NCBI GenBank assembly: GCA_977017575.1
Contig: CDRNVI010000026.1
Span: 372,001-436,000 of the forward strand
DNA length: 64,000 nt
Source of the DNA: Paramoeba atlantica
Taxonomy: Eukaryota; Protista; Discosea
Direction: 5' to 3'
How positions within the stretch are numbered: the first letter of the stretch is position 1; the number at the start of each line of letters is the position of its first letter. Shown here one piece after another: positions 31,901 through 42,246 of the stretch. The notes below the pieces were generated by a model that saw only the letters and a program-made list of their open reading frames with translations, did not search any database and was not told the origin of the DNA. The position numbers and the translations under genes are program-made.

Positions 31901-32625
31901 GCTCCGTGGATGCGTTCCAGGGCCGGGAGAAGCAGTACATTATCCTTAGCTGTGTGCGAAGTAATGACCACCAGGGGATTGGTTTCCTCTCGGATGCGCG
32001 ACGGCTTAATGTCGCGCTTACCCGAGCCCAGAGCGGGCTGATCATTATCGGCAACGGTCGGGTGTTAAGTCGCAGCCCTCTGTGGCACGCGCTGATCTCC
32101 CATTACAAGGCCATGAGTCTGGTCGTGGAAGGGCCACTGAGTGGGTTAAAGGCTGTGAATCTCACTTTGCAGCGCCCCTATGAGATTCGCAGTGGGTTGT
32201 TTCGAACCCAGACCGAGTTGGTCGCGGGGGTCGGGGGGACAAAGGAACAAGCCGCAAATGTTGCTGTCCCCAAGACAGCGATGGAGGCCGCCCCTGAGAT
32301 GTATGACACCCCGATCGATGGGTCCTACTCCCGGGCCCTGCGTGAGGGGGGGAGGGGGGAGAAACCCTCCGCGGCCGGGGGTGAGGGCGTGGGCGGCACG
32401 CGGGAGGCCGCACTTCCGGGGTTGAACAAGGGAAAGGAGGCAGCGGGTGGGAAAAACAATGAACAAACAAGCCCAATGGAGACAGGAGCTGTCCCGTATC
32501 ACCCTCGCATGACGCCCGCGGCTCAGGCCCAGTCCTATGTGAAGGCGCTGGAGACCCATTTGCGGAAGCAGCCGGGGAGGGAGGCGGAAGGTGGCAGGGG
32601 GGCGGTCGGGGGTGGGAGGAGGTAA
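28948..32625 (+). CDS. UPF1: Regulator of nonsense transcripts 1 (SF1 RNA helicase)
   Basis: CH domain HACAYCG...KWFCNG...LECFVCG; LIQGPPGTGKTVTSA; IDESTQSCEPE; LQVQYRMHP; SVDAFQGREK; RRLNVALTRA. Confidence 0.97.
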   Translation: MDFLSTIDFAAALDEEEEEEAKNHASRYGRLHPSQRGLHPFLPSPSSTTTTPMAPFTRQTTQPSDFGPTQDSVYSLGTTQEDTQDDFSDTEEDEEDENSEDHEDEEENDETPNGDRDENHPSVFALHSASSTLLSQNTEIQSIAPSEVNSDESSCSSLEEDEEEDYEEGEDGRKGKRKKANGALSHLPAHACAYCGCGDPAAVVQCGVGRCGKWFCNGRGSTAGSHAIHHCIRSKHKEVVLHPEGLLGDTTLECFVCGNKNVFVLGFVPSCTESVVILLCRDPCLGTSQAGSGTDWDPSTWLPLIEDRKLLPWLVKSPSAAEMARCRKITTEQIVKLEELWKTNPQGSIEDLNPAQASRTGPLESVCFFYEDAYHYQAVFTPLIEMEAAYDEAMKASQAITNATISWTPGISGKTMATFVFPRADSDTRLVVGDEIRIIHPSEKLAAENQGKLSGGAKDPTLGVLSRAVASKSGKSKSISLRSSGATLNESIALTLEQKILSQKWQQGAFDKKPGDKKVKGEDEGLGVVGTVVRINVTPTSTDEITVELKPTEAQKVHTELTHGYICEMVWKPVTFERMKQAMRVFAADESSVSAYLYHRLLGHAVEHHPTLPVDLPKTLHAPSLPKLNPSQAAAVRSVLPQPLSLIQGPPGTGKTVTSATLVYHMASLNKTQVLVTAPSNVAVDHLAERIAKTGLRVVRMCARSRESVLSVVEPLTLHAQVESLATNSPQWSELYKLRKLRDVLGHLSTADEHKYVHLLRKMESELLRGADVVCTTCVGSGDSRLGRFRFKHVLIDESTQSCEPETLLALVRGVRQVVLVGDHCQLGPVILCKEATKAGLGRSLFERLVLLGVRPYRLQVQYRMHPAISAFPSATFYEGTLQNGVTQEERLREEHPFPWPCPHKPLFFYNSIGAEELSGSGTSYLNRVEGALVEKCVTQLLQVGVLPDDVGIITPYEGQRAYVVHYLQRNGTLPSDLYKRIEVSSVDAFQGREKQYIILSCVRSNDHQGIGFLSDARRLNVALTRAQSGLIIIGNGRVLSRSPLWHALISHYKAMSLVVEGPLSGLKAVNLTLQRPYEIRSGLFRTQTELVAGVGGTKEQAANVAVPKTAMEAAPEMYDTPIDGSYSRALREGGRGEKPSAAGGEGVGGTREAALPGLNKGKEAAGGKNNEQTSPMETGAVPYHPRMTPAAQAQSYVKALETHLRKQPGREAEGGRGAVGGGRR

Positions 32626-33514
32626 AAGGCTTCGTGATTGAAGGAAATATAGGGAAACGAGATCTGTGGGTGGTGGAATACGGCATATGATATTTTTCTG
32701 TACGAAAACATTACGAAACGATTATTTTTGTGAGCGTGTGTGAATGACAGTGCCTGAATGCGAGGGTATCAAAGAGGTGACAATAGCGAAATGTGGTGAC
32801 TTTCGGACTTTTGGGAAAAGAACATCGTACTTTGCTTCAATGCGTGTTTCGCACATGTAATATTGCTTTTCCACTTATGATCAATGTGTAACCAGTAGCT
32901 TCCAAGACCCTAAAGATATGCGAAAGGTCTAACTCTTGGGAAACATCGTTCACATCCACAATTTTCGCGCATGGGCAACTTACAGTAAACATACTGAAGT
33001 GCACGTGTCTGTGAAACCTATTGCTTCTCTCCCGATTATGGAACCTTTCAAGACTCTCAATTTCGATGCACGTGCTCTCAGAGTATTATCCCTTTGAAAA
33101 GTGTGCGCCACATTATTTATTTCTTACATTATGTATGCAATACTGTTTGCTAATATTATTTTTATTTTTTCTCAAGGTATTCTTCTGGTAGGGTGCTCAA
33201 GGTGAGAACTTCTGTCACTCTGCATTTACTGCTATTCAAAGCATTTCGAATTGTAGTAAGAGAATACGTACTGTCGCTATCAGTAATGTCGCCACGATAC
33301 GGTAGCTAGTGTCGCTACTTTGTATGAAATTGTTTTGATGAACCTTGAAGAATCATGATGTCCTGCATTTATCAATTAATGATCGATTATTTTAAAATAA
33401 ACCGTAAAGGCTTGGATTCTAAAATTTTGATATACATTTCTCGGAGTAGTACTCCAGTGATTTTAATCTTTACTCCAATAGCAGACTCTTTTTTACATTG
33501 CACTCGTTCCAATT

Positions 33515-34003
33515 ATGTCGTCTTCCAACGCCGATCCTCATGATTACTTTACCCAACTCACTACAGAGTTGGTATCGCTCGACGAAATACCCCCGAAACT
33601 TCATCCCTTCTCTGTCTCCAGTGCTTTTCCTGAGACAATAACAGGATGCAAGGCTTTGCTACTGCTGCACTACAATCGTCTACTCGCCTATCGTGGCTGC
33701 GCAGTACTCACACGTGAGAGGGAACTTATGAAAGCCATGCGAAACGGTTCGGTTGCCTCCCGAGATGAGATTCAACAATGGGTGGAGAGTTATCACACTC
33801 GAGAGATTGACTCACAGTCCATGGAACAGCCAGAGGTAGATGAGATTACACAAGCAAGCGCAAGCAAAATGGATAGAAATATCAACTGGGAAGTGCCTAA
33901 AACGTTGCGAGAAATTGATAATGCGCTTGCTCATCTCCGATACCTGTTAGATGCCGCAATTAAGCTGGAGGGGCCCAGAAAGGGGCTCGCGAAAAGCAAG
34001 TAA
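33515..34003 (+). CDS. Hypothetical protein
   Basis: 162-aa ATG-TAA ORF on the coding strand between genes. No recognised motif. Confidence 0.55.
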   Translation: MSSSNADPHDYFTQLTTELVSLDEIPPKLHPFSVSSAFPETITGCKALLLLHYNRLLAYRGCAVLTRERELMKAMRNGSVASRDEIQQWVESYHTREIDSQSMEQPEVDEITQASASKMDRNINWEVPKTLREIDNALAHLRYLLDAAIKLEGPRKGLAKSK

Positions 34004-34202
34004 ACTAACTTACAGTGTCAAATCTGGCTTCATGCCGAAATCCCGTCGTTGGTTGTTTGAAATTGTTTTTTTCGAATCTCTTTTCTCCACTCTGTGAGAG
34101 CTCATCGGCGATTACTCCGCAGTTAACGTCACATACCGACTTCCAACAGCCATATTGAATTAAAAGATCATCTCCTACAACCGCATCCTTCTTATTTTAT
34201 AG

Positions 34203-35540
34203 ATGCGATTTTTACGAGCCTCCTTTCTCTCTAACCCCTCTTACCTCCTTCCCCCCATGTTCCGCTTCCTTCGACATTTTCATTCCCCCTCCATTTTTCC
34301 CGCACTCCCCTCCCCTCTCCCCATTCACCCCACACTCCCCGACACGGACCCACAAAATCCCGAACACCTCGACGACGACGACGACATCTTTTCTTACCCC
34401 ACAAACTCTACCGCGTATCTTCGCGAGTCGGATGCTAAAATGTCTCCCCCCTCTTTTTCTTCTTCTTCTTCTTCTTCCAGCGAAAACAAAAATGCAACCG
34501 GAAAGAAAAAATACAATCCTCTCACGGCACGTCTTCAATGGTACGCGGCGCTTAACAACGCTGAGGACCTTGTAACGCCTGGGGGAATCCATCAGTGCCT
34601 TGAACGTGCAGAAAAGAGGCCATCACTTTCGGGTTCCGAGGCCCATCACACGGAATACGGCAACCCCCATCCGTTTCCGCACTATTACGGCATCGATGGG
34701 TTTACCTCTCCGGGGTTTTGTATTGCCGAGACCCACGCGGACCCCAGCCAGGGGTTTTGTCTCTCGATGGCTTATCTCCCGAAACAAGCCACCGTGGAGA
34801 TGCGCTATTTGCCGCAGAAAGCAAAGTTCGCCCCCGCGGTGGGGCTACGGAGAATACAAGACGACCGTGGAGAACGGTTTAAGGAGGACAGTGAAGCCTA
34901 TCTGGGGAGGGGGGAGGAAAAAGGGAGAAACACCTGCGAACTGGTGATTGAACCCAGCGATCCCGGAGCCCCCGAATTTGACCCGCGACGGATGATGTAT
35001 AAAAGAATTCATCCGATTTGTGTGGCGAAAATAATAGCGGTGGTGGAAAATCGCATTCCCGAGATGGAATTTCGGAACTTCGATAAAGAGGTTCGTGTAG
35101 CGTTTTGGAAGATGAGGGAAAACGGTTTTGCGCTGTTTCTGGCAGGGAACCAGATGCGACTTCCCGGAGCGCCTCATATTGAGACCACATTGACGTTTGA
35201 AGGCGAACATGTCACACAGTTACATCAGTTTCTAATCAATGCGCTCATAGCTAGTTTTAGCCGATCGGAGGGTGGGGTAAAACTCCCAGAGCTTCGCACA
35301 CGCGCACAGTTGCGGCAGTCCGCAATGGAAAAATTTGGATCTTGTCTGTTTTGTAAGGCGAAGGGTCACTATGAGAGCATGTGTCCGATACGAGAGAGAG
35401 TTCACAAGTGTGTGTATTGTTCGCAGGAAGGGCACTACGAGGCGCGCTGCCCTAGATGTAAGATATGCAGTCACTGTCGGCAGCGGGGTCACGGGTCACA
35501 GGATTGTCCGCTGAACGTGTGGTTCGGCGCAGCAAACTAG
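34203..35540 (+). CDS. MRP1/MRP2 (gBP21/25)-like mitochondrial RNA-binding protein with three C-terminal CCHC zinc knuckles
   Basis: Presequence-like N-terminus. The segment RYLPQ...DPGAPEFD.RR...IAVVE.R...F...GF.L...F.G.....L..FL..AL..SF matches the MRP pattern as I recall it. Knuckles: CLFCKAKGHYESMC, CVYCSQEGHYEARC, CSHCRQRGHGSQDC. Confidence 0.6.
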   Translation: MRFLRASFLSNPSYLLPPMFRFLRHFHSPSIFPALPSPLPIHPTLPDTDPQNPEHLDDDDDIFSYPTNSTAYLRESDAKMSPPSFSSSSSSSSENKNATGKKKYNPLTARLQWYAALNNAEDLVTPGGIHQCLERAEKRPSLSGSEAHHTEYGNPHPFPHYYGIDGFTSPGFCIAETHADPSQGFCLSMAYLPKQATVEMRYLPQKAKFAPAVGLRRIQDDRGERFKEDSEAYLGRGEEKGRNTCELVIEPSDPGAPEFDPRRMMYKRIHPICVAKIIAVVENRIPEMEFRNFDKEVRVAFWKMRENGFALFLAGNQMRLPGAPHIETTLTFEGEHVTQLHQFLINALIASFSRSEGGVKLPELRTRAQLRQSAMEKFGSCLFCKAKGHYESMCPIRERVHKCVYCSQEGHYEARCPRCKICSHCRQRGHGSQDCPLNVWFGAAN

Positions 35541-35997
35541 TACACCGACGTACCGTATCAAATGCAATCATTATGTAACAGGTTGCGTTACGGGAACCCG
35601 TCAGTGGTATCGTGCGGTGCAATCCGGTAATACAATATGGGACGCCGTATTTTACCTTCAGTGGGATAGTTTCGGCAATCACCCTGGTTGACCCCGGTTG
35701 TGTCCAGAGTAGAAAAGTCCGGATCAAGGTCGCATTTTGAGTGAGGTCTCTCCCTCGTGGTCTCTTTTTTAAAATCGTGGTGTGTGTTCTGTCCTTCATC
35801 CGGGCGTCTTCCTTGAACATCTCAACTACATAACTTTGTCCATATGAAACTCACAAAATATAGTATATTTTTAATCTCACACAAGATGCTGAGCACAATG
35901 AAACAAAAACTTTCTCATTACCATCTCAGCTCCACAAAAACAAAACTTTCTAGGCCTTTTTATCTTCCTCCTCTCCCTTCCCACCAGCCCCCCCCCC

Positions 35998-37923
35998 ATG
36001 TTCTCTCGCTGCCTTCGTCGTCTCTGCGCCGTCCCCCTGGACCCCTCCTACACCGCCATGAATTTTCTTCAAACACCCAAAACGCTTTGCAAAGGGGCAA
36101 GAGCAGCCAAGGAGGTCTGCACCCAGCTCTACCAGCTCCTGGAGAAGCCCCTAACGCCGCAGCACCGACACGACGTGCTGGACTCCATGTCGAACACGCT
36201 TTGCTTGGTGCTGGACCCATGTGAGTTTGTGCGGCACATGCACCCGGGGAAGGCGTATAAGGAAGGCGCCCAGGAAGCGTTCTCAGAGGCCCACACGTTC
36301 ATGTGTGAACTCAACACCAGCGCGTTTCTCTACGAGCAGTTGTTGATTGTAACCAAGCCTGAGGCGTTTGCCACGCTGGACTCAGAATCGAAGAAAAATA
36401 TTGTCCAACTGAAACGGGATATGGAATCCAATGGCATTCACCTCCCCGAGAGTCAGCGTAAAGAAGTGATGGAGTTGAATTGTGAGCGCGAGGAGATCGC
36501 GGCGCTTTTTCTACAAAAAGAAGGTCAGCAAAATCCCATAGGGACGTTACGGAAGCTGCTGTTGTGTCGTCGGGCCTTAGCAAAGCGGCTGGAGTTTGAT
36601 AGTTTTGCGGCGCAACAACTGCGGGGCACGATTCTGGACTCCCAGGAGAAAGTGTGGCACTTTTTATGTGCGGTCTCTCATAAGTATTGGCCCCAGGCGG
36701 TAAAGGAAATTGAATTTCTTCGCACGCTTCAGGGAAATGCGAAATGAACCCAGGAGTTTACAGATGACGCCCGAGCCATGACTTCGCATAGCTATCGACG
36801 CCGGGAGGATGCTCTTCATCTGGAGGAATACTTTAGCGTGGCGAATTGTTGGAAAGGGATTGAGATTCTGTGTGCAGAGGTTTTCGGGCTCACGTTACGT
36901 GAGCTGCCGATGCCTGCCCATGAGCGGTACCACCCGGAGGTGCAAAAATTTGCCGTGATGCATGACACAGAGGGGTTTATGGGGACCATCGTGGTTGATT
37001 TGTTTAGCCGCCCGGATAAAGGGTGCCAGGCTGGGCATATGACCGTACAACTGGGTTGTCGCCCACACGCAGGGGTGATGGAACAAATTGGAGTCAAGGT
37101 CCCTCCTCGACAGTTTCCAATAGTGGTGCTAACCTGCAACGCAGGTAGTGTCTCTCTACCCCAGCGTAATCCCGATGGTACCTGCAACCGGGAGACCACT
37201 CGGATGCACGCCCATGAGGTGACAACGCTGTTTCACGAATTCGGCCACGCCGTGCATAGTATCTTTGGTCAAACTACGGTGCAGAACCTCGCGGGAACCC
37301 GCAGCAGTATTGACTTTGTCGAGACTTTTAGTCAGCTGTTTGAGCTTTTTATCAGCTCCCCACAGTTTGTGCAGCGTTTCGCAAAGAATATGCAAGGGGA
37401 GCCGATTCCTCGAGAAAAAGTGGAGAAATACGCGGAGATACGAAACCAGCTCCGGGCGTGTGACATTATGGATCAAGTCGTGATGTCGGGGATTGACCAG
37501 GCCGTACATGGGCCACAGCCTATCGCGACGTATTTCCCCAAGCCCGGGAGTAGAAAAGGGGAACTTGCGAAACTCGTTATCGGCCATTTTGATGATTTTG
37601 GGGAGGGCATTTTGGATATGGCAAAGTTGATGGTGCAGATCGGTAAGCCACTGAGCCCAATAGTCCCAACCGAAAAGGGTGTCCTGCGTTCCCTGTCGAC
37701 CGAGCACATGGCGTCCTATCCTGCGACTTACTACGGTTACCTCTACAGCGCAGTATTTGCACGACGTATCTGGGATAAGTTTTTTAGTCGCAATCCTCTA
37801 AGCCGAGAGGAAGGCGACCGGCTACGTAAAGAGGTACTGAGCTACGGAGCCGATTGCGATCCACGACTAACTCTACAAGAATATTTGAAGGAGGATTTGG
37901 ATAATTTGGAGGTTTGGGTATGA
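35998..37923 (+). CDS. MIP: Mitochondrial intermediate peptidase (M3 family), interrupted by one in-frame TGA at 36745-36747
   Basis: The two ORFs are in the same frame (offset 780 nt) with no other stop between them. SNTLCLVLDPCEFVRHMHP, EYFSVANC, DLFSRPDK, TLFHEFGHAVHS (HEXXH), YYGYLYS. Confidence 0.88.
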
Positions 37924-38243
37924 GCATTTCAGAGGGCTACCTTTCCGTAATCTAATCTACTTTTCTATATTTGAATGAGTATTTAAAAAGTCGTTTTCAG
38001 GAAGAAGTGGTTTTCTTCAAATGTTTTTTTCAGCTGAATTCCATCCAATACACTCCGTTTTTTTATAAAAATAAGGATACGAGGAACATTCACTTTTTCA
38101 AACCCTTTTTTCCAACACTCTCATAATTTTGTCCTCTCTTTACCTTAATCGTCATCTTTCCCTCTCTTATCTCAAACTTTAAAACCAAGCTTTTCTTCTT
38201 TTTTATCCAACGCTCTCTTCCCTCTCCACCCTCCCCACTCCCG

Positions 38244-39080
38244 ATGGAAATCGAGTGCAAAGTGATTCTCCCCACCGCCTCCGACGTCTCCGCCCTTCTC
38301 ACCCTCCTCGGTCAACCTCTCGCCGAGGAGCGCCAAGAAAACCATTTCTTCGACTCCCCGGACGACTCGCTTCGTAAAAACCACAGCGCGCTACGGCTGC
38401 GGCGGGTCCACGGCAACCCCCTGGCCGAGTGCTCGCTCAAGGAGGATTCCGAGACCTCCCACGGGACGACACTGCGCTGGGGGACACGAGCCTCGGTTCC
38501 CGAGACCCTCGCGAATGAGATTTTACAACATCCTGATCGTTTGCTATGGGAAGAGGCCGAGACCCAAACCGAGAAACTAAAAAAGGTACAAAGTACGAAT
38601 AAAAAAGAGACCGACGTGGAAGGCAGTAAGGAAGCACAGCATGAGGGTAACGAACAACAGGTTGAAAAGGACAGTCTGAAGCAGAAGCGTAGTATGGCTG
38701 CCGTGCCTACCCAGAATCCGGTCAGCACGGTGTTACGTTCCAAGTACCAGATCGAGACGCTTCACTACCTTGGGGGGTTTCGTAACTACCGTCGGGTGTT
38801 TGCGTACCCCAATCCGGTGGTCCAGCCCCACGGGTTGTTAGTCAAGCTCGATGAGGTCACGTTCCCGTTTCATACTTCCCTGTTCGAGGTGGAGGTCTCC
38901 GGGATTGTGGTCCCGATGGGAGATGTGCTGGAGGAGTTTTGTACACGGCTCCAAGAGGCCAACGTGGGGTATCGTAAAAGTGAGGGGTCGAAATATGAAA
39001 CGTTTGTCAAGGGAAAGGCGAACGCCATGATGTCGTGTGATATTCGGAACACGGAGACGTCGCAAGGGGCAACGAAATAG
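38244..39080 (+). CDS. CYTH / triphosphate tunnel metalloenzyme family protein
   Basis: MEIECK (ExExK), QENHFFD, LRLRR, GGFRNYRRVF, KLDEV.F, FEVEV, SKYE.F. Confidence 0.85.
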   Translation: MEIECKVILPTASDVSALLTLLGQPLAEERQENHFFDSPDDSLRKNHSALRLRRVHGNPLAECSLKEDSETSHGTTLRWGTRASVPETLANEILQHPDRLLWEEAETQTEKLKKVQSTNKKETDVEGSKEAQHEGNEQQVEKDSLKQKRSMAAVPTQNPVSTVLRSKYQIETLHYLGGFRNYRRVFAYPNPVVQPHGLLVKLDEVTFPFHTSLFEVEVSGIVVPMGDVLEEFCTRLQEANVGYRKSEGSKYETFVKGKANAMMSCDIRNTETSQGATK

Positions 39081-39657
39081 GGAAGGGGTCTACCGATTTA
39101 TGGGACAATGATCTGGATAGGAAAAATAAAGAGGAGGCTTTTCAAAGATTTTGCAGAGAGTCTGTATTATACTTTTTATGTGAGAAAAAAGGTACGGAAA
39201 TAGTTGAAGAACACTATATTTTTTTGGAGAAACGAGTTTGTTTCTTTTTAAAATTGGCGTTGCAATGCACAAGAAATATCAAAGCGCACAACGAAGTTGC
39301 GTGCTTCTACATCAAGCTTCTATGTACTGTATGTGTTGCACCGGAGATACACATGAGCTTGTAGATCTTGGTGACATCATTTTGCAATGTATCAAACGCC
39401 AGAATGTTCTTGAAGGAAGCATATTAAACAAATAATACGCTATAGCACATATTTTGTGTCCATGTTTCAATGTTTGAAATAGGAGTATGTTATAACTGCT
39501 TTATACAGGCGGGGGCACGGAAACGGACAAGGTCCGCATTTTAGTGTCCTGGTGCCGTTTGAGCTATTTTTTGTTGCAAACGAGAGATCTGGTTCTGAAC
39601 ATCGTGTCTACGCTATTTAGAGCTCGTTTCTACTAATTATATTTTAATTAATTTCCA

Positions 39658-39712
39658 CGCCCCTCCTAACGTTGCTTTTTACCAAAACCGGGTAACACTA
39701 GGATAGGAGGGG
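39658..39712. repeat. CCTAGCGTTGC family, short copy with inverted halves
   Basis: cccctcctaacgttgc ... ggtaacactaggataggagggg; the right half is the reverse complement of cccctcctatcctagtgttacc. Confidence 0.55.
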
Positions 39713-40159
39713 AGTAAATAAATTATGAGCATACTTTCTAAACCACTGACCGGATTAATGTTTTCATAGGCTCGTAGTATTTCTACCAGAAATATCAAGT
39801 GTCCCAATGGTGCTTAATATTACTACCCCCTGCTCGACGACTATCCGCATCTCTACTTCAGCTCCATACATTTTCGACCCATAAATTCAAAATAAAATTG
39901 TGCTTTTCATGTTAGAATGAAGTTAAATGCATGAAAAGACCCAAAAATAGAAACAAACGACCATAAAAGGAGCGACGTTTTTTGATCGTTTTGTTTCTAA
40001 TTTTTTAATGTTTCTATACCTCGTAATATTACCATACACTCTTAATGTTCCTTCCAGGAATATTAACCCGGACAGTGTTTTATATTCGAAGTCAAATTGT
40101 TTAGTATCTCATAAGTCACAAAACAGTTGCAATAGACAGCGAAACAATTATTGTTTTTT

Positions 40160-40879
40160 ATGGATATCGATTCATCAACCACGAAGCGTGGAAAAGCAAA
40201 AGGCTGCTTACTTCCTATCGAATATAATCTTGTCCGCGTCTTTGAGAAAATAAGAAATCGCGATCCCTCATGGAGTTTGGAAAATCCGCCACGTATGTGG
40301 TCAGGAATTGAATGCAACGCAGAACAACAGCTTATTGCGTTTCGCTGGAATGAATATTATTCTCTTGACGGACCATTGATGTGGGAATTCGTGCCGACTA
40401 CACTTCAGACTATTAGTATCAGTTGTACCTTACTTAGTGGCAGTATACCGTTTGAACAACTTCCTCCAAGGTTGGAAGATTTAAGCCTCTACAGTAACAA
40501 ACTTGTAGGCAGTATTGATCTGACTAGGTTGCCTGTGACACTCTTCAACCTTTTTTTGTGTTCAAACTCCTTCTCCGGAGAGGTAGTGTTGAACGCTCTT
40601 CCTCCTCGGCTATGCCAACTGGACTTATCTGGAAACGATTTCTCGGGTGCACTTGATTTACGAAACCTTCCCGCTTCATTATCCGAACTCTACTTGCACA
40701 ACAACAAGTTTGGGGGATTCTTACACTTTGACAGGCTTCCAGTGGGTTTGAATGCTCTTACGTTGGGAACGAATGAGAATTTGACAGGTACCATTGATGC
40801 TGCGCTGCTTCCCGCATCACTCCCTATCGGCGACATTGACTACAGTGAGACTGGAATTCAACTTCTACTCGAGGGATAA
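40160..40879 (+). CDS. Leucine-rich repeat protein
   Basis: KRGKAK..LLPIEY.L...DPSWS...W.GIECN; LPPRLEDLSLYSNKLVGSIDLTRLP. Confidence 0.82.
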   Translation: MDIDSSTTKRGKAKGCLLPIEYNLVRVFEKIRNRDPSWSLENPPRMWSGIECNAEQQLIAFRWNEYYSLDGPLMWEFVPTTLQTISISCTLLSGSIPFEQLPPRLEDLSLYSNKLVGSIDLTRLPVTLFNLFLCSNSFSGEVVLNALPPRLCQLDLSGNDFSGALDLRNLPASLSELYLHNNKFGGFLHFDRLPVGLNALTLGTNENLTGTIDAALLPASLPIGDIDYSETGIQLLLEG

Positions 40880-40991
40880 TACTCTTAATAGTTCATGAAG
40901 ATGTTTCCTTACGAGTAAAGGAAGAACTTACAATTTCTTTCAAATTTCGCGAATATAGAAAATCTTATACTACAGATATAAATTTGGCATA

Positions 40992-41815
40992 CAGTCAGCA
41001 AAAAAAAAACTTTCGAATGTTTTGATTTTTTTTTCTTTTGTATACAGCCATTGATTAAATATCACTGTTGCGCTGGTAATGTGTGCTAAGTAGTGTAGGC
41101 ATGAGTGTCACCCAACAGCACCCATAGATAGTTCACCTCAGTTCGTTCTACCCAAGAATTAAGAATGAATTTAAAAAAATGTAGCCTTCGAAAGGTTTTT
41201 TTGCCTAACATAAACCAAACCTAACATAAATCACGTACCCGCAAGACCCCTAGCAAGATACAGTTTCTGTACCTTGTGCCCTTCCTTTCTTTTCCCGGAA
41301 AACTTCCGACCACACAACTGGAGACCAGTTGTGCGCTGTCCAGTGCTCATGGGCCGTGGCAAAGTCCATCCGAAGCTTGCGATGGCGCTTGGACAGGTAG
41401 AGCTTTCGGACACGCTTTCTACCTTTGTGTCCGAAACGGTGCATCGAAACTCGGATAGACTGAGGAACAACTTCGGCAACGCTCTCGCGGCGCAGCTGAG
41501 ATGAAACCTCTCGCGCAGAATTGCCAGAGAACACAAGTCGTCGCACACGGCGTGTGCACGGCTCGGAAAGCTTTCGAGGGAGTCCACCCTGCAGAGAGTA
41601 TCAGGCCTTTCTTGTTTTAGTATCATAGAAATTGTTGAGATGCTTAAGTTAACTGTATCAGAGATGGACCTCATAGACACGCCGCTGTCGTACTATTAGG
41701 TGACACTCATGCCTACACTACTAGCACACATTACCAGCGCACCGGTGATATTTATTCAATGACTATATACAAAAGGAAAAGAATTGAAACATTCGAAAGG
41801 TTTTTTTGCTGACTG
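40992..41815 (-). mobile_element. 824-bp internally deleted Tc1-type DNA transposon
   Basis: TA|CAGTCAGCAAAA...TTTTGCTGACTG|TA; TIRs of about 125 bp. Frameshifted transposase N-terminus: SMRSISDTVNLSISTIS.IL / RRLV..NSAREVSSQL..QSIRVSMHRFGHKGRK...LSKRHRKLRMDFATAHEHWTAHNWSPVVWS. Confidence 0.92.
41255..41301 (+). other. Captured fragment of the SL-like locus inside the Tc1 element
   Basis: aagatacagtttctgtaccttgt|gcccttcctttcttttcccggaaa equals 43846-43907 minus 15 nt (tggtaaattttgcta). Confidence 0.8.
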
Positions 41816-42246
41816 TACATGTGCACCTGCAGGTACACCTGAGAATTATTTTTTACCCGAGAATTATTTTTCTTAAAGTTCCATAATGAATGGGGATTTC
41901 AAAAAATAATAGAAAAGTTTTTATTGGGTTAGAATACGTATGGTGCACTAACTGTAAACAAACTGCGATAAGAATGGCTGTATACTGGTAGAGCTGTATG
42001 ATATAAAGGGCTACATGTACTGAGAAACACAGGTCTTCGAAAGCTAAACCACAGAAAATAAAGTTTATGTTAATGCATTTCGGTTTTCGTTTAATAAGCA
42101 GTTTGCAAGCCAAAGTGGGAACAGAAAAATACTTTCCACATGGCGAATACATGATGTAGAACAGCGAGAATATGTTTTTTTCTTTCCTTTCTTTCTTTCT
42201 TTCTTTTCACTGTAGTTGGTACTTTCTTTCCCCTCATCGATTACCC

